Source of the DNA: Candidatus Bathyarchaeia archaeon
Lineage (GTDB): Archaea > Thermoproteota > CALKCG01 > B24 > JAGTQN01
DNA: 64,000 bases
Direction: 5' to 3'
Assembly (NCBI GenBank): GCA_038850515.1
Contig: JAWCLV010000004.1
Coordinates: 299 to 64,298, forward strand
Each line of letters begins with the position of its first letter. Position 1 is the stretch's first letter. The notes below the pieces were generated by a model that worked only from the letters and a program-made list of their open reading frames with translations, ran no database searches and was not told where the DNA came from. Below, in pieces: positions 18,972-27,540 of this stretch. The position numbers were made by a program, and so were the translations under genes.

Positions 18972-19799
18972 CTAAAATGAAAGGTAGGGAGCAAGAAGCC
19001 TTTCTGCGTTTCTGTGAAGGATGTTGTGGCGATCCTCATCCCCTATCCTTGAGAAGATAACGCAACCTATTCCATAGTGGGGATCGAACCAAGGGAGATC
19101 CGTTCCGAACAATATCTTCTCAGAGCCAGCTTCCTTAACCATCCATTCAATAACGCCATTTATGGCATAGGCAGCCGTCAGTTCCAAGTAAACGTTTTGA
19201 TAATCCCTGGCTAATTTAATGGCCTTCTCCCACTCTCCATAGCCCGAATGGCCCATGAGAAGCATAGCCTCGGAGTACTTCCTTGCTAACTGTTCCACAT
19301 GGGAAGGCGAATCGAAGGGACTTCCACCCCATGTATGCATCAGGACGAGCAATCTGCGTTCGTTCGCATATTCAAGCGCCCTTTCGTACCTTGGACTTGT
19401 TAGAGGATGCCTATGATAATCGGATAAAAATTTGAATCCTACGAATCCCTTAGATTTTGAAAAAGTCTCTATCTCGTCCTTGATTCTTTCAGGATAGTTT
19501 GGGTTTATGACCCAGTAGGCCCTGAAGCGATTTGGGTATCGCCTTACCGTATCTTCCATCTTGATATTTTCCCTCGTATCTATGAGGGCTGCATGGGAAC
19601 TCGAAACCACGAGCCTAACGCCGCATCTATCCATCGTACGAACCATGTCTTCCGCTGAAGGATTTGGAAAGTATATGCCTTGATATGGTCCTAGATGGGC
19701 ATGCATATCGATAACTGGGCATGTTTCACTCCTGCCCTTCTCCAAGAATTCCCTGACTAAGGGCGAGGGATGCGAATTCCCATAACTTTCTACTTTCAT
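18972..19799 (-). CDS. Amidohydrolase_2 (PF04909-like) family hydrolase/lactonase
   Basis: VIDMHAHLG, MHTWGG, GHSG, LFGTDLPW. There is a 4-nt start/stop overlap with the upstream gene. Confidence 0.75.
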   Translation of the reverse strand: MKVESYGNSHPSPLVREFLEKGRSETCPVIDMHAHLGPYQGIYFPNPSAEDMVRTMDRCGVRLVVSSSHAALIDTRENIKMEDTVRRYPNRFRAYWVINPNYPERIKDEIETFSKSKGFVGFKFLSDYHRHPLTSPRYERALEYANERRLLVLMHTWGGSPFDSPSHVEQLARKYSEAMLLMGHSGYGEWEKAIKLARDYQNVYLELTAAYAINGVIEWMVKEAGSEKILFGTDLPWFDPHYGIGCVIFSRIGDEDRHNILHRNAERLLAPYLSF

Positions 19800-20569
19800 A
19801 GCCGAACCCTTCCAAGAATCCTTTCGAGGTTTCCAGAAGCTATGGCCTGGCGCTCCTTGCCCGATATATCCGCCTGAAGTAGCATGAGTATCGGACCGCC
19901 CGGATTCCAGTTTGGAAAACCTGTTCCGAAGAGAAGTCTCTCCGCCCCATATTTTCTACAGAAATCCCTTATGCCTCCATCCAATTCATACCTCGAAATA
20001 TCGAGGTAAAGGTTCTCGTATTTCTCGATTAAAGGTCTGAAAAATCGATCGTGGCCCCAGGAGCCGTGCTCAGTGACTATGAGCGTAAGTTCAGGCGCAT
20101 CTGATAGGATCCTCTCTATAAGATACCAGCCAGATATGCCTCCACAGGATTCGTTTATGGAAATGAAAAGGGGTATCCTTCTCTCGCACATAAGATCGTA
20201 TAGCGAAGAAAGGGCGGTCCTCGTCATCAGATACTTGTGCTCCGAAGGGAAGGCGCGAAAGGCCCTTACGCCATGCTTCTTCATCCTTTCAAGGATTTCT
20301 TCTTTAGAGCCGAGCTCCCCGGTTTGTAATGGGAGGATGGCGAGGACTCCATGAAGCCTAGGGTAGGGCTTTATCGCTTCTATAAGGATCTCATTACCGA
20401 CGACGGGGGAATCGTCCCTCTGCCTGGCATGGTAGACCAAGGCTTCGGCGATGCCGTAATAATCCATTTCGGCTAGGAGTTCTTCGCCACTTTCCGCGTA
20501 TCGGAGGGGGCGAAGCATCGAAGTGCCTAAACATGCGTTACAGTCGAAGAGTTTCAAATTCTCTCTCAC
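19796..20569 (-). CDS. Amidohydrolase_2-like paralog with a degenerate N-terminal metal site
   Basis: Same fold cues (LLFGTGFPNW), but the HxH position reads FDCNACLG. It overlaps both neighbours by 4 nt. Confidence 0.65.
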   Translation of the reverse strand: MRENLKLFDCNACLGTSMLRPLRYAESGEELLAEMDYYGIAEALVYHARQRDDSPVVGNEILIEAIKPYPRLHGVLAILPLQTGELGSKEEILERMKKHGVRAFRAFPSEHKYLMTRTALSSLYDLMCERRIPLFISINESCGGISGWYLIERILSDAPELTLIVTEHGSWGHDRFFRPLIEKYENLYLDISRYELDGGIRDFCRKYGAERLLFGTGFPNWNPGGPILMLLQADISGKERQAIASGNLERILGRVRL

Positions 20570-21789
20570 TCAAGGAGTTCTTCCGCGTTTTCCTTTATCT
20601 TCCTTATCGCTTCCAGCACTAAGTCGACGTTCTCCCTTTTCATAAGGAAATCCTTTCCGAGGGCGATCACTTCGTTTCGGTAGATGCGCTCCGAGACAGG
20701 GCATTGAACCTTTGTATAATCTACTGGAATTCCGTAGATGGACTTCAGCTCCAAGAAGGCTGGATTCTTGTATATGGGATCGTTATGCGCTGTTCCGCAA
20801 GGAATTCCCTCAGCCCTCAAGGCTCGCATGAAGAGATCCCTCGTAACGCCCTTAAACTTGGATGCATCGTAGCGGATGAAGTAGAAGTAGTAGCCACGCT
20901 TCGTTATTCTCGGATCCCTTTTCAGGGCTGAGACGCCTCCGATCTTCTCGAGTTCCTTAGCCATATATTCGCCATTTATGTAGCGGATCTCCGTCTGATA
21001 CGGAAGCCTTCTGAATTGGGATAGGAGGAGGGCTGCTTGGATCTCCGTCATCCTCATATTATAGCCTATGACGTGATGCTCATAAACGGGCCTTCCGGGC
21101 ATCCTTCCAAAATTTGCATAGGAAAGGCATTTCGCATAAAGTTCCTCATCGTTCGTGGAGACAAAGCCTCCTTCACCGCATGTCAGGGGCTTTCCTTGCT
21201 GGAAGCTGAAGGCTCCGAGGTGCCCTATCGAGCCAACCTTCCTTCCACGCCACTCGGAGCCATGGGCCTCAGCGCAGTCCTCTACGACAACGAGGTTGTG
21301 CTCTTTGGCTATCTCCATTATCTCATCCATGTTGGCTGGATAGCCCCCATAATGAACTGGAACGATCGCCTTCGTCCTAGGCGTAATAAGCTTCCTTATC
21401 CATGACGGATCTATTTGGTAGGTTTCCGGATCTATGTCTGCGAAAACGGGAATGGCACCGATCTGCACGGCTGCCGTTGCCGTGGCAATGAAGGTGACGG
21501 CTGGAACTATGACTTCGTCCCCATGGCCTACGCCTCCGGCCTTCAAAGCCAAGGCGATGGCATTTGTTCCATTATTAACAAGGAGCCCATATTTGACGCC
21601 GAGATATTGGGCGAAGGCGGCCTCAAACTGCCCGTTCTTCGTATCAGGACCATGGGTAAGGGAACACCATCGACCGCTTACAAGGGCTTCCAAAACTGCG
21701 TATTTATCCGTTTCATCTAAGACTGGCCACTCAGTTCTAAGTCCATAAGGAGCGACGGGTTTCCCACCTTTCAAGGCTAGCTCAGCCAT
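20566..21789 (-). CDS. DegT/DnrJ/EryC1/StrS family PLP-dependent aminotransferase
   Basis: VPAVTFIATA, IVPVHYGG, EDCAEAHG, and FSFQQGKPLTCGEGG with the PLP lysine. Confidence 0.85.
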   Translation of the reverse strand: MAELALKGGKPVAPYGLRTEWPVLDETDKYAVLEALVSGRWCSLTHGPDTKNGQFEAAFAQYLGVKYGLLVNNGTNAIALALKAGGVGHGDEVIVPAVTFIATATAAVQIGAIPVFADIDPETYQIDPSWIRKLITPRTKAIVPVHYGGYPANMDEIMEIAKEHNLVVVEDCAEAHGSEWRGRKVGSIGHLGAFSFQQGKPLTCGEGGFVSTNDEELYAKCLSYANFGRMPGRPVYEHHVIGYNMRMTEIQAALLLSQFRRLPYQTEIRYINGEYMAKELEKIGGVSALKRDPRITKRGYYFYFIRYDASKFKGVTRDLFMRALRAEGIPCGTAHNDPIYKNPAFLELKSIYGIPVDYTKVQCPVSERIYRNEVIALGKDFLMKRENVDLVLEAIRKIKENAEELLE

Positions 21790-22177
21790 TTTTCATCATT
21801 CTAAATTATCTAAGATTTCCAGAAAAATCTTTGGGAATAGGAATTTTCAAGCCTCATGCGACAAATTATCGAAATTATGTCTTTAAGGTTCGAGAAGAAA
21901 TGTTTTTTATGCCCAAGCTTTCCGTCGAGGGTAGTCTTATAAAATGCCTTCCTTTCTTCAAATAACTTCCTTTCTTAACTTCAACTTCAATTTAAGATGC
22001 TTAAGGAACCAAATCCTTAATGAAATTTATTGATGCCAAGGTATAGGTGTTCGGGAAAGTAATCTTAGAATATCGTTGACGCATTTCTATGCATCTCCTC
22101 GTATCCCGTCTTATCATATCATAGAGCAAAACGTATATATGGCATAAGCTCAGGCTTCTGAGGAAGTGGGTCTTCGT

Positions 22178-24265
22178 ATGGTAAAGGGCGTGCTGATAAT
22201 CGCCGAGAAGCCTGATGCAGCCCAGCGTATCGCTGAAGCCCTTGACGATAGAGGAAAGCCAAAAAAGAGCATGAAAAGGGGCATTCCCTACTTCCTCGCG
22301 TCTAGAAAAGGGGAAAACCTCATCGTCGTTCCGGCCTTGGGGCATCTCTACACCGTATGCCAGGCTAAAGGAGGGAGGGACGACTATCCGATTTTCGAAA
22401 TCGATTGGGCTCCAAGGTATTTGGCCGAGCGGGGAGCCTCCCAAACGAAACTTTGGATCGAGACGATCTCTGAACTTGCCAAGGAGGCGGACACTTTCAT
22501 ATCGGCCTGCGACTTCGATATCGAAGGCTCCCTCATAGGATATAACATTCTAAAGTATGCCTGTGGCGAAAAGGATAAAGAAGCCAAAAGGATGCGCTTC
22601 TCAACCCTTACGGAAAGGGAGCTTGTTAAGGCCTACGAAAACGCTTCCCCCCAACTCGACTTTCCCCTTATAGAGGCAGGAAGGGCTAGGCATGAGGTCG
22701 ATTTCATCTATGGAGTAAACCTGACGAGGGCCCTAACCTCCGCCGTGGCTAAAGAAAGCGGCAGGTACTTTACTATCAGTACAGGAAGAGTTCAGGGACC
22801 AACGCTTCACTTCGTGGTCGAGAGGGAGAAGGAAATCCTAAGCTTCGTTCCAACGCCATACTGGAAGATCGATGCGATCGTAAAGGTCTCTGGGAGATCC
22901 CTCGAAGCCCTTTATGAAAAGGATCGAATCGAGACCTTTGCAGAAGCCCAGGAGATCGTTGAAAAATGCGGAGGTAAAATTGGCTTAATAAAGGATATGA
23001 GGACCCGAAGGATTGCCCAGGCACCCCCAACACCCTTCAACATAGGGGATCTACAGGCTGAGGCATACAGGCTCTTTGGCTTCACACCTCTTAGGACCCT
23101 AGGAATTGCCGAGGCCCTTTACCTTTCGGCCCTCATATCCTACCCAAGGACATCGAGTCAAAAGCTACCCGCCACCATAGACAGTCGCGGAATCCTCGAG
23201 GCCCTTGCCCAGATACCCGATTACAAAGCCCTCGCCCAACAACTCCTAGCAAAGGAAGGGATCGCTCCCCATGAGGGCGAGAAGGAGGATTCGGCCCATC
23301 CGGCGATCTATCCTACGGGTAAGGCGCCTGAAAGGGAGCTCAATCCCTCGGAGAGGAAGATTTACGACCTCATCGTCAAGCGTTTTTTGGCAACCTTTGC
23401 GGAAGAATCCCTCAGGGAAAGCCTTCGTGTTGAGATCGAGAATAGTGGCTACAAGTTCTTCCTCCAAGGAAGCCGCATCTTGGAGGAGGGATGGCTTAGG
23501 TTCTACAGACCCTATGTGAAGGGCGAGGAGAAGATCCTTCCGCCTCTAAAGGTAGGGCAGGAAGTCCTCTTTACAAAGGTTGAAGCCGTGGAAAGGTTTA
23601 CGGATCCTCCTCCAAGGTTTAACCCCAGTAGCCTGCTTAGACTTATGGAGGATTGGCAGATTGGAACGAAGGCTACAAGGGCTGAGATTATCGATACCCT
23701 TTATAAGAGAAACTACGTTCGGGACGAGCGCATGGCAGCTACTGAGCTGGGCTTCGATGTGGATGAGGTCTTAGGGAAGTTCTCCCCAGTCATCATAAGC
23801 GTTGATATGACTAGGGAGCTTGAGAGCCGCATGGATGCCATTGAGAGGGGCTTGGAGACAAGGGAAAAGGTATTGGCCGAGGCTATCGAAAGGATAAAGC
23901 CCGTCCTCAAAGAGCTTAAGGCGAGAGAAAGGGAGCTGGGAGAGCAGCTCAGCCTTATCGTAAGGAAGGTTTTGCAGCAGCAGCGTAGCGTAGGGGCCTG
24001 TCCTGTCTGTGGAATCGGAACCCTTTTCATCCTCAGATCCAGAAGAACGGGAAAGCGCTTCGTCGGATGTAGCAATTTCTTCAAGGGCTTGTGTAAGGCT
24101 TCATACCCCTTACCCCAGAGGGGGACCATCAAGCCAACGGGAGATGCTTGTCAAGGATGTGGCTGGCCTACCCTTCGGGTGAAGGCTTTAGGGAGGAGGC
24201 CTTGGATCCTATGCCTAAATCCATCTTGTCCGAAGAAGGAGAAGGCGGGAGGGGAAGATCGATAA
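22178..24265 (+). CDS. topA: DNA topoisomerase, type IA (archaeal TopA/Topo III-like) with two C-terminal zinc ribbons
   Basis: Toprim N-terminus VLIIAEKPDAAQRIAEAL, ISYPRTSSQ (catalytic Tyr region), CPVCG..C..C and CQGCG..C..C. The track start GTG 22166 is also possible. Confidence 0.85.
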   Translation: MVKGVLIIAEKPDAAQRIAEALDDRGKPKKSMKRGIPYFLASRKGENLIVVPALGHLYTVCQAKGGRDDYPIFEIDWAPRYLAERGASQTKLWIETISELAKEADTFISACDFDIEGSLIGYNILKYACGEKDKEAKRMRFSTLTERELVKAYENASPQLDFPLIEAGRARHEVDFIYGVNLTRALTSAVAKESGRYFTISTGRVQGPTLHFVVEREKEILSFVPTPYWKIDAIVKVSGRSLEALYEKDRIETFAEAQEIVEKCGGKIGLIKDMRTRRIAQAPPTPFNIGDLQAEAYRLFGFTPLRTLGIAEALYLSALISYPRTSSQKLPATIDSRGILEALAQIPDYKALAQQLLAKEGIAPHEGEKEDSAHPAIYPTGKAPERELNPSERKIYDLIVKRFLATFAEESLRESLRVEIENSGYKFFLQGSRILEEGWLRFYRPYVKGEEKILPPLKVGQEVLFTKVEAVERFTDPPPRFNPSSLLRLMEDWQIGTKATRAEIIDTLYKRNYVRDERMAATELGFDVDEVLGKFSPVIISVDMTRELESRMDAIERGLETREKVLAEAIERIKPVLKELKARERELGEQLSLIVRKVLQQQRSVGACPVCGIGTLFILRSRRTGKRFVGCSNFFKGLCKASYPLPQRGTIKPTGDACQGCGWPTLRVKALGRRPWILCLNPSCPKKEKAGGEDR

Positions 24266-24487
24266 TTGAACAAGTGCCTAATATGCGAAAGGAAGTCTGA
24301 CAGCCTCGTCTGCGAGCAACACTCGAGGGCTTATCAGAACCTCCTTGAGGGCTACGAAGTATGGAGGAGAGCCAAGGGGCTCTCTTGGAACGAGTATCTT
24401 ACCGAGCTTTCCGAGAACAAGTATGCTGGAGCTTGGGTAAGGCTCCTTGCCAAAAAAATGCTGGATCTTGGGATCAGGGGTCCATAA
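24266..24487 (+). CDS. Small zinc-knuckle protein (hypothetical), abutting the topA stop codon
   Basis: CLICERKSDSLVCEQH has the pattern C-x2-C-x8-C-x2-H and is followed by helical sequence. The TTG start follows the topA TAA directly. Coding potential looks normal, but no family is recognised. Confidence 0.45.
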   Translation: MNKCLICERKSDSLVCEQHSRAYQNLLEGYEVWRRAKGLSWNEYLTELSENKYAGAWVRLLAKKMLDLGIRGP

Positions 24488-24565
24488 ACTTTCCAATACC
24501 CATATCTTTCATTTGCCCTTCTAGCCCTTTTTCACCATAATGGCTTAGCAACCTCGACTTAATGA

Positions 24566-24868
24566 TTAACCTCCTCCGATAAGAATTGGAGCTACGGTTA
24601 CAACATCCTGATCCTTCAGTTTGATGGAGGATAGGGCATCAAGATCTGCAGAAATTCCGTTGATCATGAGGACATATAAAGGGGCTCCTATGCCTTCGAT
24701 GGGTTTCAATTCTTTTGCAAAGGAAGCCCCAAGCCTTTCTGAAAGCAGAACTACAAGATCTTGGAGACTTGCGTTTTCTTGTAGAATAGCATCGAATTCC
24801 CTAACGCCTTTCTTCTCCCCTATCCGACCTATTAAGAAGACCTTAATTTTAATTCCTATCGATTCCAT
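24566..24868 (-). CDS. MoaD/ThiS-family beta-grasp (ubiquitin-like) protein ending in Gly-Gly
   Basis: 100 aa with C-terminus ..VTVAPILIGGG. Last gene of the AOR operon, overlapping the ferredoxin gene by 20 nt. Confidence 0.7.
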   Translation of the reverse strand: MESIGIKIKVFLIGRIGEKKGVREFDAILQENASLQDLVVLLSERLGASFAKELKPIEGIGAPLYVLMINGISADLDALSSIKLKDQDVVTVAPILIGGG

Positions 24869-25334
24869 GAAGACCCCTTGTTAAGTTAGAGGCAAGCTTC
24901 AGTCTCTTCATCTGGGCTTGGATTTCCCTCGTCGTTAGGCTCAGGGCATCCTCTGGACAGGCTTCGATGCAGGCAGGATTTCCATCACAAAGGTTGCAGA
25001 CGAGGGCAACCCGAAGCTCAGGATGAATCATAATTGTCCCAAAATCACAGGCCTCTACGCAAAGACCGCAACCCGTACACTTCGAAGCCTCAACCCTTAT
25101 GATGCCAAGTCCATCTTGGCTTAAGGCATCCCTTGGGCAAGCCTCTACACATGGGGGGTCTTCACAAAGGACACAGGCTATAGAAACGTTCTTGTCCGGA
25201 TAGATCCTTACGGTTCTTATTCTGGAGGAGGAAGGGCGGAAGGCCTTCTCGTACATAAAGGAGCAGATGTATTCACAAATCCCACAACCAACGCATTTGA
25301 AGGGATCGCAATGTACAAACTTGAACTTTTTCAA
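24849..25334 (-). CDS. Polyferredoxin with four CxxCxxCxxxC(P) [4Fe-4S] motifs
   Basis: CVGCGICEYIC, CEDPPCVEACP, CTGCGLCVEAC, CDGNPACIEACP. TTG start with GGAGGT 6 nt upstream. Confidence 0.85.
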   Translation of the reverse strand: MKKFKFVHCDPFKCVGCGICEYICSFMYEKAFRPSSSRIRTVRIYPDKNVSIACVLCEDPPCVEACPRDALSQDGLGIIRVEASKCTGCGLCVEACDFGTIMIHPELRVALVCNLCDGNPACIEACPEDALSLTTREIQAQMKRLKLASNLTRGLHGIDRN

Positions 25335-25336
25335 AG

Positions 25337-27193
25337 CTAAACCTCCATCCTCGGCAAAGTCTTAGCCCTAGGATCGCATTCTTCAAGGCCTAGCTCCAAA
25401 AGCTTCTCTTGCTTAGGAACTCCATCGCAATCCCATCCCCTCGCCCCGTAGTAGTCCCTTACGAGGAGCTCGAGCTCTTCTGGCTTGACAAAGCTTCCTT
25501 TCGCAGGGCCGTTTTGTATGGGGTCCCTCATAATCCTTGGTGGGAGGGTATCCTCAAGCCTTGTAAGCCCCTCCCGAAGGTTGTAGATCCTTGCCATATT
25601 TGTGATTCTCTCAGCCGTCTTAAGGAGGTCTGGGGCTGATTTCTTGAAGCCTGTCACTAGATAGTAGAGCTCTGCCATCTCGTCTACTCCCTTCAAAGCG
25701 GCCCTCGAGAACTTGCAAAGTGGGAGGGAATCGTAGAGAACGTAGAGATCCTCCATGCCTTTCACAAGCTCCCCCCTACCTCCTTCAACCTTGAACCTGT
25801 CAACTTTTCCTGAGAGGTCGAGGCTGTAGGCACCATGGGTTTGATGGTGGGCCCCCCTTCTCGAGATGGCGTAACCAAGGGCTGAGGTTTTCAAGCCCCT
25901 TACATCGTAGCCCGTCATCTCAACTCCTTTCACATGCATCGCGAAGCCCTCCGATCCCTTACCGAGGATTTGGGAAGCCCTCCTCACGCCTTCGGCTAGT
26001 AGGCTACCAAGGCCCTTACGGTGGGCTATGGCTTCCAAGATGGCAAGAAGAGCTTCCGCATTGCCAAAAGTAAGCTTAAAGCCCCCCACATCCTCCTCGG
26101 TTAGAAAGCCCCTTTCGAAGCATTCCATGGCGAAGGCTATGGTAACTCCCGAGGATATGGTGTCCATTCCGTATAGGTCGCAAAGCTCTATAGCCTTTAT
26201 CACAGCTTCAAGGTCGCCAACCCCGCAGTAGGGCCCTAAGGCCCAAAGGGATTCGTACTCAACCCTAACTGTTGTTCCTTTGAACCTTCCGTTCTGGATA
26301 GAGGCTATGTGCTCGCACCCCATAGGGCAGGCGGAGCAAGCTTGGATCTTCGATACGAATCTTTCATTAAGGATCTCCCCGCTGACATTGTAGGCTTCCT
26401 CGAAGACGGCATCCCTATAGTTCCTCGTTGGCATTGCTCCTGCCGCATTAAGGGTCAGGATGTTCGCGGATGTTCCGAGCATCCTGTACTTGCTCGTGCT
26501 AGGCCCTTGGAATCTCCTGTAGAGTTCAAGGCATTTCTCCTCAAGCTCTTCAGGCCTCGCTACGGATACGGGGCGACTTCCGCTAATGGCTATGGCCTTA
26601 AGTTTTTTGGAGCCCATAACGGCCCCAAGCCCCGTCCTGCCAGCGGCCCTGTACCTGTCATTAATGATGCATGCGAACCTAACGAGGTTCTCACCTGCGG
26701 GACCTATGGAGGCGATCCTAATGTCGTAGTTTCCTAGATCTTTTCGGATCTCATCCTCGGTCTTCCAAGTCGTTGCACCCCAAAGGTGAGCTGCGTCCAT
26801 AAATTCTACGTCTTCATCTTCTATGTATAGGAAAAGGGGTTTTTCAGAAGCCCCCAAAACCATAAGTCCATCGTACCCTGCTCTTTTGAGCTCCACTCCC
26901 CAAAAACCGGAGGAGTAAGATTCTCCAAGAAGCAAGGATTGGGGCGATTTTGCAAAGACCCCAAATCTTGGACTGCAAGGAACCATCGTACCAGCAAAGG
27001 GTCCTGTGACGAAGATCAAAGGATTTCCGTAGCTTAGAGGCTCTATATTAGGCTCTTGAAAGTCATAGAGAAGCTTTATTCCAAAGCCTGTGGCACCAAG
27101 CCATTTCAAAACGAAGTTTTCATCTAGCCCGAGAACCTTGTGCCTTCGCTTTTTAAGGTCTACTACAAGAACCTTGCCTCCATAGCCATACAA
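25337..27193 (-). CDS. aor: Tungsten/molybdopterin aldehyde:ferredoxin oxidoreductase (AOR family)
   Basis: MYGYGGKVLVVDL, GPAGENLVRFA, GLGAVMGSKKLKAI, and the CSACPMGC cluster motif. 618 aa. Confidence 0.9.
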   Translation of the reverse strand: MYGYGGKVLVVDLKKRRHKVLGLDENFVLKWLGATGFGIKLLYDFQEPNIEPLSYGNPLIFVTGPFAGTMVPCSPRFGVFAKSPQSLLLGESYSSGFWGVELKRAGYDGLMVLGASEKPLFLYIEDEDVEFMDAAHLWGATTWKTEDEIRKDLGNYDIRIASIGPAGENLVRFACIINDRYRAAGRTGLGAVMGSKKLKAIAISGSRPVSVARPEELEEKCLELYRRFQGPSTSKYRMLGTSANILTLNAAGAMPTRNYRDAVFEEAYNVSGEILNERFVSKIQACSACPMGCEHIASIQNGRFKGTTVRVEYESLWALGPYCGVGDLEAVIKAIELCDLYGMDTISSGVTIAFAMECFERGFLTEEDVGGFKLTFGNAEALLAILEAIAHRKGLGSLLAEGVRRASQILGKGSEGFAMHVKGVEMTGYDVRGLKTSALGYAISRRGAHHQTHGAYSLDLSGKVDRFKVEGGRGELVKGMEDLYVLYDSLPLCKFSRAALKGVDEMAELYYLVTGFKKSAPDLLKTAERITNMARIYNLREGLTRLEDTLPPRIMRDPIQNGPAKGSFVKPEELELLVRDYYGARGWDCDGVPKQEKLLELGLEECDPRAKTLPRMEV

Positions 27194-27210
27194 AGCCTTG
27201 TCACCCGATG

Positions 27211-27537
27211 CTAGCCCACCCTTACCCTAGCGACCTCAAACCTTCTGATGGAGGCGAGCTTCTTGAGCTCTCTGAAGGCATCTCTGAAATCCTCGCAGGC
27301 TATTCCTGGTCTATGATTCCTAGCACAGACGGCCTTCTGGTCGACGATTGTCAGGTTTTTACAGTAGAGACAGAACCCCATTCCATCTAGGAGACCCGAA
27401 GTAGCTCCTTCCACGGGGGTGAAATCCTCGCAGGCTATTCCTGGTCTATGATTTTTAACGCACGCTACGAAACCTTCCATATCCCTGCGTTCTATAAGGT
27501 TTATACAGTTCCTGCAGAAGCTTAAGGTCAAGCACAT
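27211..27537 (-). CDS. Small Cys-rich protein made of two tandem Cys4 repeats (no family recognised)
   Basis: Repeat 1 is C8-x2-C11-x14-C26-x9-C36 and repeat 2 is C56-x2-C59-x11-C71-x9-C81. Both end in NHRPGIACEDF. The gene sits 3 nt after the gltB-like stop codon and 17 nt before aor. Confidence 0.65.
   Translation of the reverse strand: MCLTLSFCRNCINLIERRDMEGFVACVKNHRPGIACEDFTPVEGATSGLLDGMGFCLYCKNLTIVDQKAVCARNHRPGIACEDFRDAFRELKKLASIRRFEVARVRVG
27285..27453. repeat. Perfect 34-nt direct repeat inside the Cys-rich gene
   Basis: tgaaatcctcgcaggctattcctggtctatgatt occurs at 27285-27318 and at 27420-27453, an offset of 135 nt (45 codons). Flanking sequence has diverged. Confidence 0.9.
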
Positions 27538-27540
27538 CCC

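Noticed and set aside
22001-22444. A 147-aa minus-strand ORF spanning the topA promoter and 5' end.
   Set aside because: It overlaps the Toprim-encoding start of topA in antisense and crosses an A/T-rich promoter region. No domain is recognised.
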